From assembly GCA_002269645.1 (NCBI GenBank), contig NIVC01004584.1, forward strand, positions 1 to 41,370: DNA of 41,370 bases, written 5' to 3'. The DNA comes from Macrostomum lignano. Taxonomy: Eukaryota. This document shows, piece by piece, positions 22,801-33,474 of this stretch (position 1 is its first letter; each line of letters begins with the position of its first letter). The notes beneath the pieces were generated by a model that saw nothing but the letters and a program-made list of their open reading frames with translations, was not told where the DNA came from and did no database searches. Made by a program: the position numbers and the translations under genes.

Positions 22801-23571
22801 TTAGTTCTGCTTGCCGATAAGCTGACGCAACACGATGTTTCTCGTACGTCCGCCTGGAGCCCGAACTTTAACGCCATCGGCACTCCGCGCACGACTCAGA
22901 GCCACGTAGAGCTGGCCATGCTGAAAGCAAGCTGTCGTCAGGTCGACAGCGTAGGTGCCCAGCGACTGGCCCTGGCTCTTGTGGATGGTCATGGCGAAGC
23001 ACGGCCGGATCGGGAACTGCAGACGGCGGAAAACGAACGGGATCTCGGTCGGACTCGGCTCCTGCGGAATCCGCGGGATGAACACCTGCCGCCCACGGTA
23101 GATGCCAGTGGCGACCTCCGCGAGCAGGACGTTGTCACGCAGTTCGCGCAGCAGCAGCCGAGTCCCATTGCACAGCAGCGGTGGGTCCAGATTCCTCATC
23201 ATGACGACCGGCATGCCGACCTTCAGCTCCAGTCGGTGATGCGACATACCGCTGGGGTCCAGCCGGTTCAGCAGCTCCGGCGGAAAATTGGTGGCTGCCG
23301 TGTCGTCATTCGGAATCGAGTCGACCGACAGGTAGACTCGGCTCTCACCGGGAAAGAGCGCTAAGCAGGCGGCGTTGGCCTCGTCCACCGTCCTGTTGAG
23401 TGGCGCCAGGATGCTCCGCTCCGCGAACATCTGGTCACGCTGCGCACTCGGCTCAAAGGACGGGTAAACGTGCCGGATGAGCTGCTCAGTGGTTGTGTCC
23501 TCGGGCAGAAGGATCTCGCTAGGCAAGGAGACCATGCCCTCAACGTCCTCTGGCAGCTCCCCGTTGCCAAC
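22801..23571 (-). CDS. RepHel exon 9: helicase motifs V-VI, stop
   Basis: GTCAG acceptor; VGNG...ILAPLN...LELKVGMPVVMMRNL...LCNGTRL...FIPRI...RRLQFPIRPCFAMTIHKSQGQSL...HGQLYVALSR; TAA at 22803-22801. Confidence 0.95.
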   Translation of the reverse strand, partial: VGNGELPEDVEGMVSLPSEILLPEDTTTEQLIRHVYPSFEPSAQRDQMFAERSILAPLNRTVDEANAACLALFPGESRVYLSVDSIPNDDTAATNFPPELLNRLDPSGMSHHRLELKVGMPVVMMRNLDPPLLCNGTRLLLRELRDNVLLAEVATGIYRGRQVFIPRIPQEPSPTEIPFVFRRLQFPIRPCFAMTIHKSQGQSLGTYAVDLTTACFQHGQLYVALSRARSADGVKVRAPGGRTRNIVLRQLIGKQN

Positions 23572-26500
23572 CTGACAGTGAAAAGTGGAATGAGTAGAAA
23601 TTTTAATTTTTATTGAGTAGAAATTTTACAATTTTTTTCTACAATTTTCATGCTTAATTAGAGCATAGAAACTCCATAGATTCTCACCTGCATAAGAAAA
23701 TCTGCGTAGCTTTGGAGAGCCGAGCCGCCCTCCAGCCGCAGATTCCTTGTGAGCTGGTGCTGCCGGAAGTGCCGCCACAGCACCGACCGATTCAGGCAGG
23801 CTTCGATCGTGTTGGCCTGCGTCCCTCCGGGCACAACAGCAAGCAACTGGCGAAAGTCGCCAGCCAGCACCAGCAGCGCTCCCCCGAACGGCTGCCCACC
23901 GTGCAGCAAATCACGCAGAGAACGCTCGACGATCTCGAGGTCTTTGCGGTGCGTCATCGGAGCCTCGTCCCACACGATGAGGCGGGCGTTCCGCAGAATC
24001 TCCGCCAGTTTGCTCCGCCTGCCGATGGAGCAGAAGGCGCTGTCCTGCCGTACAGCGCAGACGGGGATCTTGAACCTGCAGGCAGGTATCGCGAGGATGG
24101 TCTATTGTGATGATAAATTAGGCATGACTTTCTGTGCTTAAAAACTAACAGTTTATAAAATGATTTATGCAGACACAAAACTCACATCGAGTGGGCGGTT
24201 CGACCTCCGGGAAGAATAGTCGCCGCGATGCCCGATGACGCGACGGCAACAGCAATTTGACGCCTTGCTCGAACCGACTTCAGCAGAAGCGTGAGCAGGA
24301 ACGTCTTGCCTGTGCCGCCAGGAGCGTCAATGAAATGCAGCCCGCCGCCGCCGGCCGTCAGATTGGACTGCACGGCCTCGAAGACAGCTCGCTGCTCGTC
24401 AGTCAGGGTAGCGACCAGCGCATCCACTTCAGACTGCAGCTCAGCAGCTTCTTGCAGCGTCGGCAGGCAATCAGAAAGAAGCCGAGTCTGGATATTGAGA
24501 AGAAGCTGTAATCAGTAAGCTATTAAAGGTTAAAAACTGCATAGCACTACGTGCATATGCAGTGAGTACATACTGCACTACGTGCATAGCAGTGAGTTCA
24601 TTTACTTGATCCGCTTCTGCCAGTGGTTCGGGAAGGCCGTAGGCAGACAGCTCGGATCCGCCCATCCGCTCCAGCCGCTTCTGCAGCGACCGCAGAACTT
24701 CGGCCATAGCAGCCTCGGCGCTCAAGCCCTGGTGCAGCAGGTCGCCAGCCATCTCGCGGGAAAACTCCTCCCAGAGCTTCGCGGGGTCGCTGGGATCGCC
24801 GTGCGCCAAAATTGCGGCAAAAAGTCGGCGCAGAGCAGCAGGCATCCGCGTCTGGGCAGCTTCGGACAGGCACAGCTGCCAGTGCCTGTCATCCTCCAGC
24901 AGTCCGCGAGCCTGGCAGGCGGCCTTGAAGGTCGGCAACAGGACTCCATCAACAGTGCGCAGAGCCTCGAACGAAGTCGGGCCGCGCACATTCACCAGCA
25001 GCAGGCGCAGGTAGAAACAGTCGCCCATCCGAGGACTGACTGTGTAGATGCGGCCGATGTTGCTGGTCGTCAGAACATCGGCTGGCTGATCAGCAGCGAC
25101 TCGACCGCGACCTGCGCGATGCCACTGGTGCGCCCTGGGGTCCCAGGTGAAGTGCCGGGGCACCTCCTGGTACAGCAGACCTCGGGCGATTTCGTCATGG
25201 CGACAAAGCTGGGCGGGTAGGAACAGGAAACTGGGCGTTTAGGAACAGGAAGGAGCAAAAATTGAACAAATTGCACTCTGTCTGCAAAACTCACATCGAA
25301 GAAGGCGGTCAAAGTTGTGGCCTTGGGCGTAGCAGCAATAGCCTGAGCCGTCTCGTCTGTGAAAAAAACTCGCTGCTCGTCCTTAAGATGAACCGCGAGC
25401 CTGATCACAGGGGGTATCGGCTGTGCACCTCGAAGCCCAGGATGGTGTTAACTGCCTCCATTGGACCGATGAACCTGCCCAGTAGGTATTCGTCGATCTC
25501 GTCGATCTTGTGTCGCTTTGCGGAAGTCGCAGCAGCAGCAGCAGCAGTCCCAGTCGACGTGGACGGACCGGCGATCGCCAGTGGTCCTTCAGTGGCCGAA
25601 TCAGCGCTGGCATTCGCAGCAGCCGCCGACTCCTTGCGGATCTGGTATGCTGCCATGTCGCTACCCTTGGTGATGTACTTCACCACGTACTTGATGGCCC
25701 GAACTGTCGCGCAGATCTCGACATTCAGGTGACAGCGAAACTCGCGCAGCAGCGCTGGGCAGTACGGCACCACCCAGCGGTTGTCAAAGGTGAACATCAC
25801 CCTCTGACCGCCGCGCAGCTTTGCGAGCTTCGTCACCGTGAAGCCGCCCATCTCGACGGATCTGCGGCAGTAATGCGGGTAGCCATCCTCCTCGACCTTC
25901 GTGGCGGCCAGGAACTCCCTCGGGTAGCGCTTGCTGCACCTGCCTTTCTCCATGCACGCCGCGGCAGAATTGAGCTGCTGTCCACAGGGACCGTGCAGCA
26001 TGTTCTCCGCCACCAGCTGATGCAGGTCGGCGTCGGCGACAGGGTCCGGGATCTCCGCGCTGATGACGGCGTCGTACTGATCCGGCTTCAGCTTGTTCGC
26101 CAGCCACAGCAGCGCGTGCACGTGGGGAAGACCTGGTTGTGGATAAAATTTATTGATAATTGATAATCAATAATTTTATTGAAATTTACGAAGTTATGGA
26201 GCCAACAGTTAATGCTACAGTTTAAAGCTAAAAAGTACACTTGCCTCGCTTCTGGTACTCCAGCGAGCAGACTCGAGCCAGAGTATCTCCAAACAGACTC
26301 TTCAGCCTGTTTAAGAAGGCCTTCTTCTTCAGCTCGAACACCCGGGCGGTGATGTCCGGCCGATCGACGGCAGTCTGGCCCGGAAGCAGCTCGGCCAGAA
26401 TTTCCGGCCACTTCGGGTTGCATGTCATCGTCAGAAACAGGTCTGGGCGGCCAAAGGCGTGAACATACGCCATGGCATCCTGCTGACGCTCCAGACGGTA

Positions 26501-28472
26501 CCGTGGACCTCCCACGTAGCTGGAAGTAAGAATGACACGCTTCCCGACTTCCTCCGGCCTGCCGTCGTCCTCGTGCAGCGCGTCTCGGAGACCCCGAAGA
26601 CTTTCAGACACCAGATCCGTTTGGTGCTGCCGGATGTACGTAAGTCGCTCCGACTCGATCTTGGCAGCCTGGTCCACCAGGTACTGCTGGAAGAGCCGGC
26701 GACCGTACAGCAGGCTGTTGAACTGGCCTGGTCGCACCTGGATCAAGTAGGCGTAGTACTTCATCATGGTGATGCCTCGATCCTTCTTGAGCCCAATGTG
26801 CCAGCGTCCTCGCCGTACGGAAGCAGCAGCACGTACTCCAACGGATCGTAGGAGCGATGGGTCTCAGAGATCTCCTGGAGGCCTGTGAATGCAGTTCAAA
26901 TGCAAGAAAAATGTACACTTGAATAGCCGAGAATGTGTCTATTATCTGACTTTGCAATGCAACCCAAATTTTAAGTCTTTTAAGGCGCTTAAAGTACTTA
27001 CCACCACCTCTCAGACGCAAAACCACGCTCCGCCATTGCGCCTGAACTACGCCATCAGCATCGCCAAGGTCCGTCAGGATGCCGACCTCACTGCACTCGG
27101 GCAAGTTGAAGCGTCGGACATGCTCCCCAGATGGGCGGGCATCGGGGTTGATGACGACCCTGGCGCTCTGCAATTGCGGGTCGCTGCGCAGCAAGTCGAC
27201 TGCGGACTTGAGGCTGCGCACGTAGCTGTTGCAGTCATGCAGAACAGCTTGCAGCTCCCGCAGCAAAGTGTCGTTGAGACCAGCCGTCCATTGCAGTCTG
27301 TTCTGCAGCTCTTGGTCCACAAAGAAGACCTGGCAGAACCTGGCCGCATCCCCCGGGTCTGGCAACAGGCTGCCAATGCGATGGTGCATCTGACCATGGA
27401 GGATGAAGCTCGGGTTCCACCCGGGCTGCTCACGCTGCCTGGAACCAAGCGAGGTCATGTGGAGCGCGCCGTTGTACTTCCTGATGTCCTTCAGGAACTG
27501 CGGGCTGAACGGATGCTCGCCAGTCAGCAGTCGCTTCAGAACATCAGGCGGGTCTCGGCGCTGCTCCAGGACGGTCTGTCAGGGAAATGAAAAAAGACTC
27601 AAGTAGCTTTATGTTGAAACGGGCTGCAGCAAATCACGCAATTGTCTTTGAATCTATTGATGGTCAGAGGCTTTGTACAATATTGATTTTATAAAGTAAT
27701 GATCGGTATAAAAAAGCATCAATGAGGCAGCAATTTAAATAAACTAATGTTGAAAATTTTAACTCACCTTTCCTGCATGGCAGCAAATGCTAGCTGGCTC
27801 GTCCTTCCAGCGTAGCGCGCTGCAGTGAAGGCATTGGCGGTCCATGCGACCGAGCACATGTGGCTGGTGTGCCAGCTCCAACAGTCTGTGGCAATGAAAT
27901 AAAGAGCAGACGTACATGCAGTTAGTATAATAATCCTAAAGAATGAGCAGCTGAGCATAAGGATAGCAGAATAAAATATATAACAACCTCTACCTGTCTC
28001 GGCGCCTCTCTGCCTGTGCATGTAGTCGGCGGTCGTGGTCTACCGCGGACTCAACCGCACGATTCTTGCTCTGGCGCTGCCGCTGCGCCTCCAGACGATG
28101 CTGATGGACGGCCTCGTCTTCGGCTTGCCGACCTTCGGCAGAACGCAGCCGGTCGTGGTCGAGTCGACGCTGGCGCTCCGCCTCGTCTTCATCATCACGG
28201 CTTTCGGCTGCACGCAGTCGATTTGACTCAAGGCGATGCTGGCGCTCAACTTCGTCTTCAACCTCGCGGCATCCGGCTGCACGCAGTCGGTTTGACTCAA
28301 GGCGATGCTGGCGCTCCACATCGCCCTCACCCTCGCGGCTCTCGGCCTTATGCTGCCGCTCCCGCTCAACGCGCGCTGCCCGCTCATCAGGTGTCTCGGA
28401 CGCCCTGCGCCTCTTGGCATTCGATGCAGCGCGTGTAGAGCGGGAAAGGCTTCCACGACCACGTTTTGGCAT
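22801..28472 (-). CDS. Helitron RepHel transposase (HUH/Y2 Rep + PIF1-family SF1 helicase), 9 exons, about 1576 aa; two 1-bp frameshifts in the given sequence
   Basis: Exons joined by hand: 28472-27994, 27885-27768, 27575-27002, 26882-26245, 26132-25295, 25208-24606, 24505-24186, 24075-23688, 23571-22801. Total 4729 nt, or 4731 (1577 codons) with 2 bases restored; all splice phases are consistent. Motifs: C-x2-C...CC..GK zinc finger, FLTMTCNPKWPEI, EYQKRGLPHVH (HUH), KYVVKYITKGSD (Y2), APGGTGKT, ASSGIAA, WDEAPM, GDFRQ, AMTIHKSQGQSL, HGQLYVALSR. Confidence 0.96.
23688..24075 (-). CDS. RepHel exon 8: helicase Walker B and motifs III-IV
   Basis: TGCAG acceptor, CAG|GTGAGA donor; FKIP...IVWDEAPM...PFGG...LAGDFRQLL...LTRNLR. 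Confidence 0.93.
24186..24505 (-). CDS. RepHel exon 7: helicase Walker A and motif Ia
   Basis: TACAG acceptor, AT|GTGAGT donor; LTDEQRAVF...FIDAPGGTGKTFL...ASSGIAATILPGGRTAHS. Confidence 0.93.
24606..25208 (-). CDS. RepHel exon 6: Rep-helicase linker
   Basis: CCCAG acceptor, CAA|GTAAAT donor; LLYQEVPRHFTWD, IGRIYTVSP, FYLRLLLVNVRGPTSFEALRTVDG, TFKAACQARGLLEDD. Confidence 0.92.
25295..26132 (-). CDS. RepHel exon 5: HUH and Y2 catalytic motifs; 1-bp deletion in the G-run at 25410-25414
   Basis: LPHVHALLWL, HGPCG, CSKRYP, DNRWVVPY, HLNVE, KYVVKYITKGSD, HSRYP[P]VIRLAVHL; donor GAT|GTGAGT. Confidence 0.92.
26245..26882 (-). CDS. RepHel exon 4: Rep motif 1 and start of motif 2; 1-bp deletion near 26805
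   Basis: YDPLEYVLLLPYGED[G]W...RLFQQYLVD...SSYVGGPRY...PDLFLTMTCNPKWPEI...EYQKRG; ends at a GC donor (G|GCAAGT). Confidence 0.9.
27002..27575 (-). CDS. RepHel exon 3
   Basis: GACAG acceptor, G|GTAAGT donor; FLKDIRKYNGALHMTSLG...HGQMHHRIGSLLP...RRFNLPECSEVG are conserved Helitron motifs. Confidence 0.9.
27768..27885 (-). CDS. RepHel exon 2: zinc-finger motif
   Basis: CACAG acceptor, AAG|GTGAGT donor; translates to LLELAHQPHVLGRMDRQCLHCSALRWKDEPASICCHAGK, the typical Helitron C..C...CC..GK motif. Confidence 0.9.
27994..28472 (-). CDS. RepHel exon 1: N-terminal 23-aa (STPR-like) charged repeats
   Basis: ATG at 28472; MPKRGRG...ETPDERAAR, then xERQxRLxxxRLRxA repeats with a 69-nt period (28211 vs 28280). 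Donor AG|GTAGAG is weaker than consensus. Confidence 0.85.
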
Positions 28473-29850
28473 TATAATAAGTTTAAGTTATAATATAAAA
28501 ATAAATAAATATAAGCAAATGGCGAATAGCACACAGGCAAAAAGCAAGAAGCAAAGGGCAGAAATAAGCAAAAGTATAGAAATAGGAAGATCGGACGATT
28601 GGTGAGAATTCTATTATGATATCGAAATAAATGAAACTGAATTGAAAAATCACAACGTTAAGTAAGGGCCCAGTGTAAGTAGAAGCCCAATGTACATTAT
28701 CTTTTGTCAATAAAAAATAACTTAAGCCCCCAACCCTGCCTCCCCCAATATTGAATAGCGCAATCGATTTCTTAGTCAGTCAGTAAGAGTATCAATTAAA
28801 ATGATCGCGCAATCTAAATCAACCATCCAATACACAGCGACTGACCCCCTTCCAATACGCAGTGGCAATTAAAAGTTGAACCGCCCTCCCCCACACTGTT
28901 GGGGGGTCGATCAAACCCCCATTGAACCCCCATAATGAGTGCACTCTGAAGAAAGTTAAAAGTATGGAAATTGTTTTTTGAATGCTGTGCTTTTAGTTTT
29001 CATATTTAAAGCAAACAACTTATATCCCTGAACTCAGCGTTGCAAGTTCTTTCCAGCAATATAAATCTCTCCTCTTAAAGTTTAAAACTCGAAGAGCAGT
29101 TGAGCAGTTGAGCAAGTCGCTGTGAGCAGTTAGCGTTTGAAACTGTGTAATTTAAAGCATTGAAATATCGAGTGTACATTCACTGCCTGCTAAAGAGGCT
29201 CGCAAGTTTTTATTGAATTTCACTGCCCAGCTATTACACAGGGGCAGCCTTTTGAAAGGCAAATTGATGGCGCAATCCATTTCTCAGTTAGTCAGTATCA
29301 GTTATATGCATTGAATTTCACTGTGCAACAAATACACAGGGGCAGTCAGTTGAAAGGCTTGTCTTTCTGAATATAAAACCAATTGAATTTCGACCCAGTA
29401 GCCATATAATTGCGCTTCCTACCCACCCACCAACCCACAAAATACGCACAGTTCAATTTGGCCGATGTGCAGTTAAGTGAAATTTATTTTTTCAGCCAGG
29501 GTCCGATTGTACACACGCAGCCACTGAGAACGCGACCATCCCCCCACTGGAGAGAAAATGCACTGCCGAGATAGGAGAAAGTTGTGGCGCAATCACTCAA
29601 AATTGATACATTTTTTCAGCTTCGAGCAGAAAGAGGGGACAAATAAGATTATCAAAGGTCAGAATTGCTGCTTTCTGCTTTTTTAGGGATCTTAAAATTA
29701 AAAAATGAAAGATTAAAATAGCCTAAAGCCATCCTCGGAAAATTTGCAGTTTTCCCATATAAGTTTCAACGCTGAGTTGCAAGTATTCTAGGAGGAGTTA
29801 TCGAACTGACATACATACAGACAAACAACGCACCACTTTTAGTATTAAGA

Positions 29851-31055
29851 CGAGGCCAACTCCTCCTTCGGAGAAGAAAGGGGAAGAACTCCAATCAGCG
29901 GAATTCCATTCCCTGAACTCCATCAGCGGAATCCCATTTTCCAACACCTCTCCGCGCAACAGAAATCGTCTCCGTGAAACTGAACACCATCGAAATATTC
30001 TCCGCGAAATAGAAATCCTCTCCGTGAAACTGGACTAAATCGAAATTTCTACGTCAAACAGCCCAGCTCTCAGAATTCATTGGTTAAGGTTAGGGTTAGG
30101 GTTAGAGCTACACACAGCTGCGTGTTGAAAGACGCCGTAAAAACATTGAACCAATTAAATTGCGCAACTTATTTCTCAGGCAGTCAGTATCAGCCTCAGT
30201 TAAAGTTAACAAAAAGATTGCGCAATCTAAATCAACCCTCGAATACACAGCAACCGACCCCCCTTCCAATACGCAGTGCAGCTAGAAATTGAACCCCCTA
30301 CCAACTATTGGGGGGGGGGTCGGTCGAACCCCCATTGAACTCCAAAATGAGCAAAATCTTTGCAGAAAGCTAAAAGTATGAAAATCTTTTCTTGAATGCT
30401 GTGAATTTAATTTTCATATTTAAAGCAAAAAACTTATATCCCCGAACTCATCGCAGCAAGATCTTTCCAGCAATATAAGTCTCTCCTCTCTAAGTTCAAA
30501 ACTCGAACAACAGTTAGTGTTTGAAACTTTCTGATTTTAAGCATTGAAATATCGAGTGTACGTTCACTGCCTGCTAAAGATGCTCGCAAGTTTATGCATT
30601 AAAATGCACTGAATTTCACTGTGCAAAAAATACACAGGGCTTCCTGTTAAAAAACAGAACACAAATAGTTGCGCAATTGTCTATAAAGTCAGTCAGTGAG
30701 CCAGGGTTCAAGTGTACACACGCAGCCACTGAGAACGCGACCATCCCCCACTTGAGAGAAAATACACTGCCAAGATAGAAAAATTTTATGGCGCAATCAC
30801 TAAAATTTATGCAAATTTTCAGCTCCAAGCAGAAAGAGGGGACAATTAAGATTATCAAAGGTCAAGACCGCCATTTTCTGCTTTTTTAGGGATCTTAAAA
30901 ATTGAAAATGAAAGATTAAAATAGCCTAAAGCCATCCTCGGAAAATTTGCAGTTTTCCCATATAAGTTTCAACGCTGACTTGCAAGTATTCTAGGAGGAG
31001 TTATCCAACAAACACACACACACACAGACAAACAACGCACCAACTTTAGTATTAA
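29851..31055 (-). mobile_element. Non-autonomous Helitron unit 11 (short alpha type)
   Basis: GGCCTCG end abuts the autonomous TC head; its own head reads TTAATACTAAAG. Confidence 0.8.
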
Positions 31056-32280
31056 CGAGGCCAACTCCTCCTTCGGAGAAGAAAGGGGAAGAACTCCAAT
31101 CAGCGGAATTCCATTCCCTGAACTCCATCAGCGGAATCCCATTTTCCAACACCTCTCCGCGCAACAGAAATCGTCTCCGTGAAACTGAACACTATCGAAA
31201 TCCTCTCCGTGAAACTGAACACCATCGAAATATTCTCCGCGAAATAGAAATCCTCTCCGTGAAACTGGACTAAATCGAAATTTCTACGTCAAATAGCCCA
31301 GCTCTCAGAATTCATTGGTTAGGGTTAGGGTTAGGGTTGACAGCTGCGTGTTGAAAGGCGCCGTAAAAACATTGAACCAATTAAATTGCGCAACTTATTT
31401 CTCAGGCAGTCAGTATCAGCCTCAGTTAAAGTTAACAAAAAGATTGCGCAATCTAAATCAACCCTCAAATACACAGCAACCGACCCCCCTTCCAATACGC
31501 AGTGCAGCTAGAAATTGAACTCCCCCCACCAACTATTGGGGGTCGGTCGAACCCCCATTGAACTCCAAAATGAGCACAATCTTTGCAGAAAGCTAAAAGT
31601 ATGAAAATCTTTTCTTGAATGCTGTGAATTTAATTTTCATATTTAAAGCAAAAAACTTATATCCCCGAACTCATTGCAGCAAGATCTTTCCAGCAATATA
31701 AGTCTCTCCTCTCTAAGTTCAAAACTCGAGCAACAGTTAGTGTTTGAAACTTTCTGATTTTAAGCATTGAAATATCGAGTGTACGTTCACTGCCTGCTAA
31801 AGATGCTCGCAAGTTTATGCATTAAAATGCACTGAATTTCACTGTGCAAAAAATACACAGGGCTTCCTGTTAAAAAACAGAACACAAATAGTTGCGCAAT
31901 TGTCTATAAAGTCAGTCAGTGAGCCAGGGTTCAAGTGTACACACGCAGCCACTGAGAACGCGACCATCCCCCACTTGAGAGAAAATACACTGCCAAGATA
32001 GAAAAATTTTATGGCGCAATCACTAAAATTGATGCAAATTTTCAGCTCCAAGCAGAAAGAGGGGACAATTAAGATTATCAAAGGTCAAGACCGCCATTTT
32101 CTGCTTTTTTAGGGATCTTAAAAATTGAAAATGAAAGATTAAAATAGCCTAAAGCCATCCTCGGAAAATTTGCAGTTTTCCCATATAAGTTTCAACGCTG
32201 ACTTGCAAGTATTCTAGGAGGAGTTATCCAACAAACACACACACACACAGACAAACAACGCACCAACTTTAGTATTAAGA
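31056..32280 (-). mobile_element. Non-autonomous Helitron unit 12 (short alpha type)
   Basis: Near-identical to 829-2051 (identical spurious 67- and 80-aa ORFs). Confidence 0.8.
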
Positions 32281-33474
32281 CGAGGCCAACTCCTCCTTCG
32301 GAGAAGAAAGGGGAAGAACTCCAATCAGCGGAATTCCATTCCCTGAACTCCATCAGCGGAATCCCATTTTCCAACACCTCTCCGCGCAACAGAAATCGTC
32401 TCCGTGAAACTGAACACTATCGAAATCCTCTCCGTGAAACTGAACACCATCGAAATATTCTCCGCGAAATAGAAATCCTCTCCGTGAAACTGGACTAAAT
32501 CGAAATTTCTACGTCAAACAGCCCAGCTCTCAGAATTCATTGGTTAGGGTTAGGGTTAGAGCTACACACAGCTGCGTGTTGAAAGGCTCCGTAAAAACAT
32601 TGAACCAATTAAATTGCGCAACTTATTTCTCAGGCAGTCAGTATCAGCGTCGGTTAAAGTTAACAAAAAGATTGCGCAATCTAAATCAGCCCTCCAATAC
32701 ACAGCAACCGACCCCCTTCCAATACGCAGTGCAGCTAGAAATTGAACCCCCTACCAACTATTGGGGGGGTCGGTCGAACCCCCATTGAACTCCAAAATGA
32801 GCAAAATCTTTGCAGAAAGCTAAAAGTATGAAAATCTTTTCTTGAATGCTGTGAATTTAATTTTCATATTTAAAGCAAAAAACTTATATCCCCGAACTCA
32901 TCGCAGCAAGATCTTTCCAGCAATATAAGTCTCTCCTCTCTAAGTTCAAAACTCGAGCAACAGTTAGTGTTTGAAACTTTCTGATTTTAAGCATTGAAAT
33001 ATCGAGTGTACGTTCACTGCCTGCTAAAGATGCTCGCAAGTTTATGCATTAAAATGCACTGAATTTCACTGTGCAAAAAATACACAGGGCTTCCTGTTAA
33101 AATAAAGTCAGCCAGTGAGCCAGGGTCCGATTGTACACACGCCGCCAATGAGAACGCGCCCATTCCCCCACAGGAGAGAAAATGCACTGGCGACATAGGA
33201 AAAAGTTGTGGCGTAATCACTCAAAATTTATGCCAATTTTCAGCTCCGAGCAGAAAGAGGGGACAAATAAGATTATCAAAGGTCAGAATTGCTGCTTCCT
33301 GCTTTTTTAGGGATCTTAAAATTTAAAAATGAAAGATTAAAATAGCCTAAAGCCATCCTCGGAAAATTTGCAGTTTTCCCATATAAGTTTCAACGCTGAG
33401 TTGCAAGTATTCTAGGAGGAGTTATCGAACTGACATACATACAGACAAACAACGCACCACTTTTAGTATTAAGA
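32281..33474 (-). mobile_element. Non-autonomous Helitron unit 13 (alpha type, 5' end of the autonomous type)
   Basis: Its 5'-terminal ~230 bp share diagnostic variants (gacaaataag, cgaactgacatacatacag, caccactttt) with 29615-29850. Confidence 0.8.

Larger units (their letters stand above)
19064..29850 (-). mobile_element. Autonomous Helitron (rolling-circle DNA transposon), about 10.8 kb, embedded as one unit of the array
   Basis: Contains the RepHel gene. 5' end TCTTAATACTAAAAG at 29850 is the same head as the short units. 3' hairpin CTCCTCC-AGC-GGAGGAG (plus strand 19070-19086) is followed by TTGGCC at the 19063/19064 junction. Boundaries inferred from the shared termini. Confidence 0.88.

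Noticed and set aside
25405-26810. Programmed ribosomal frameshifting at the two frame breaks
   Set aside because: No slippery heptamer is evident; both are simple 1-bp losses in G/C runs within conserved motifs.
22918-28438. Many plus-strand and alternative-frame ORFs overlapping RepHel
   Set aside because: Shadow ORFs of GC-rich coding exons; no recognisable motifs.
29090-29135. Local GAGCAGTT tandem duplication upstream of RepHel
   Set aside because: A small slippage-type insertion in one module copy; no evidence of function.
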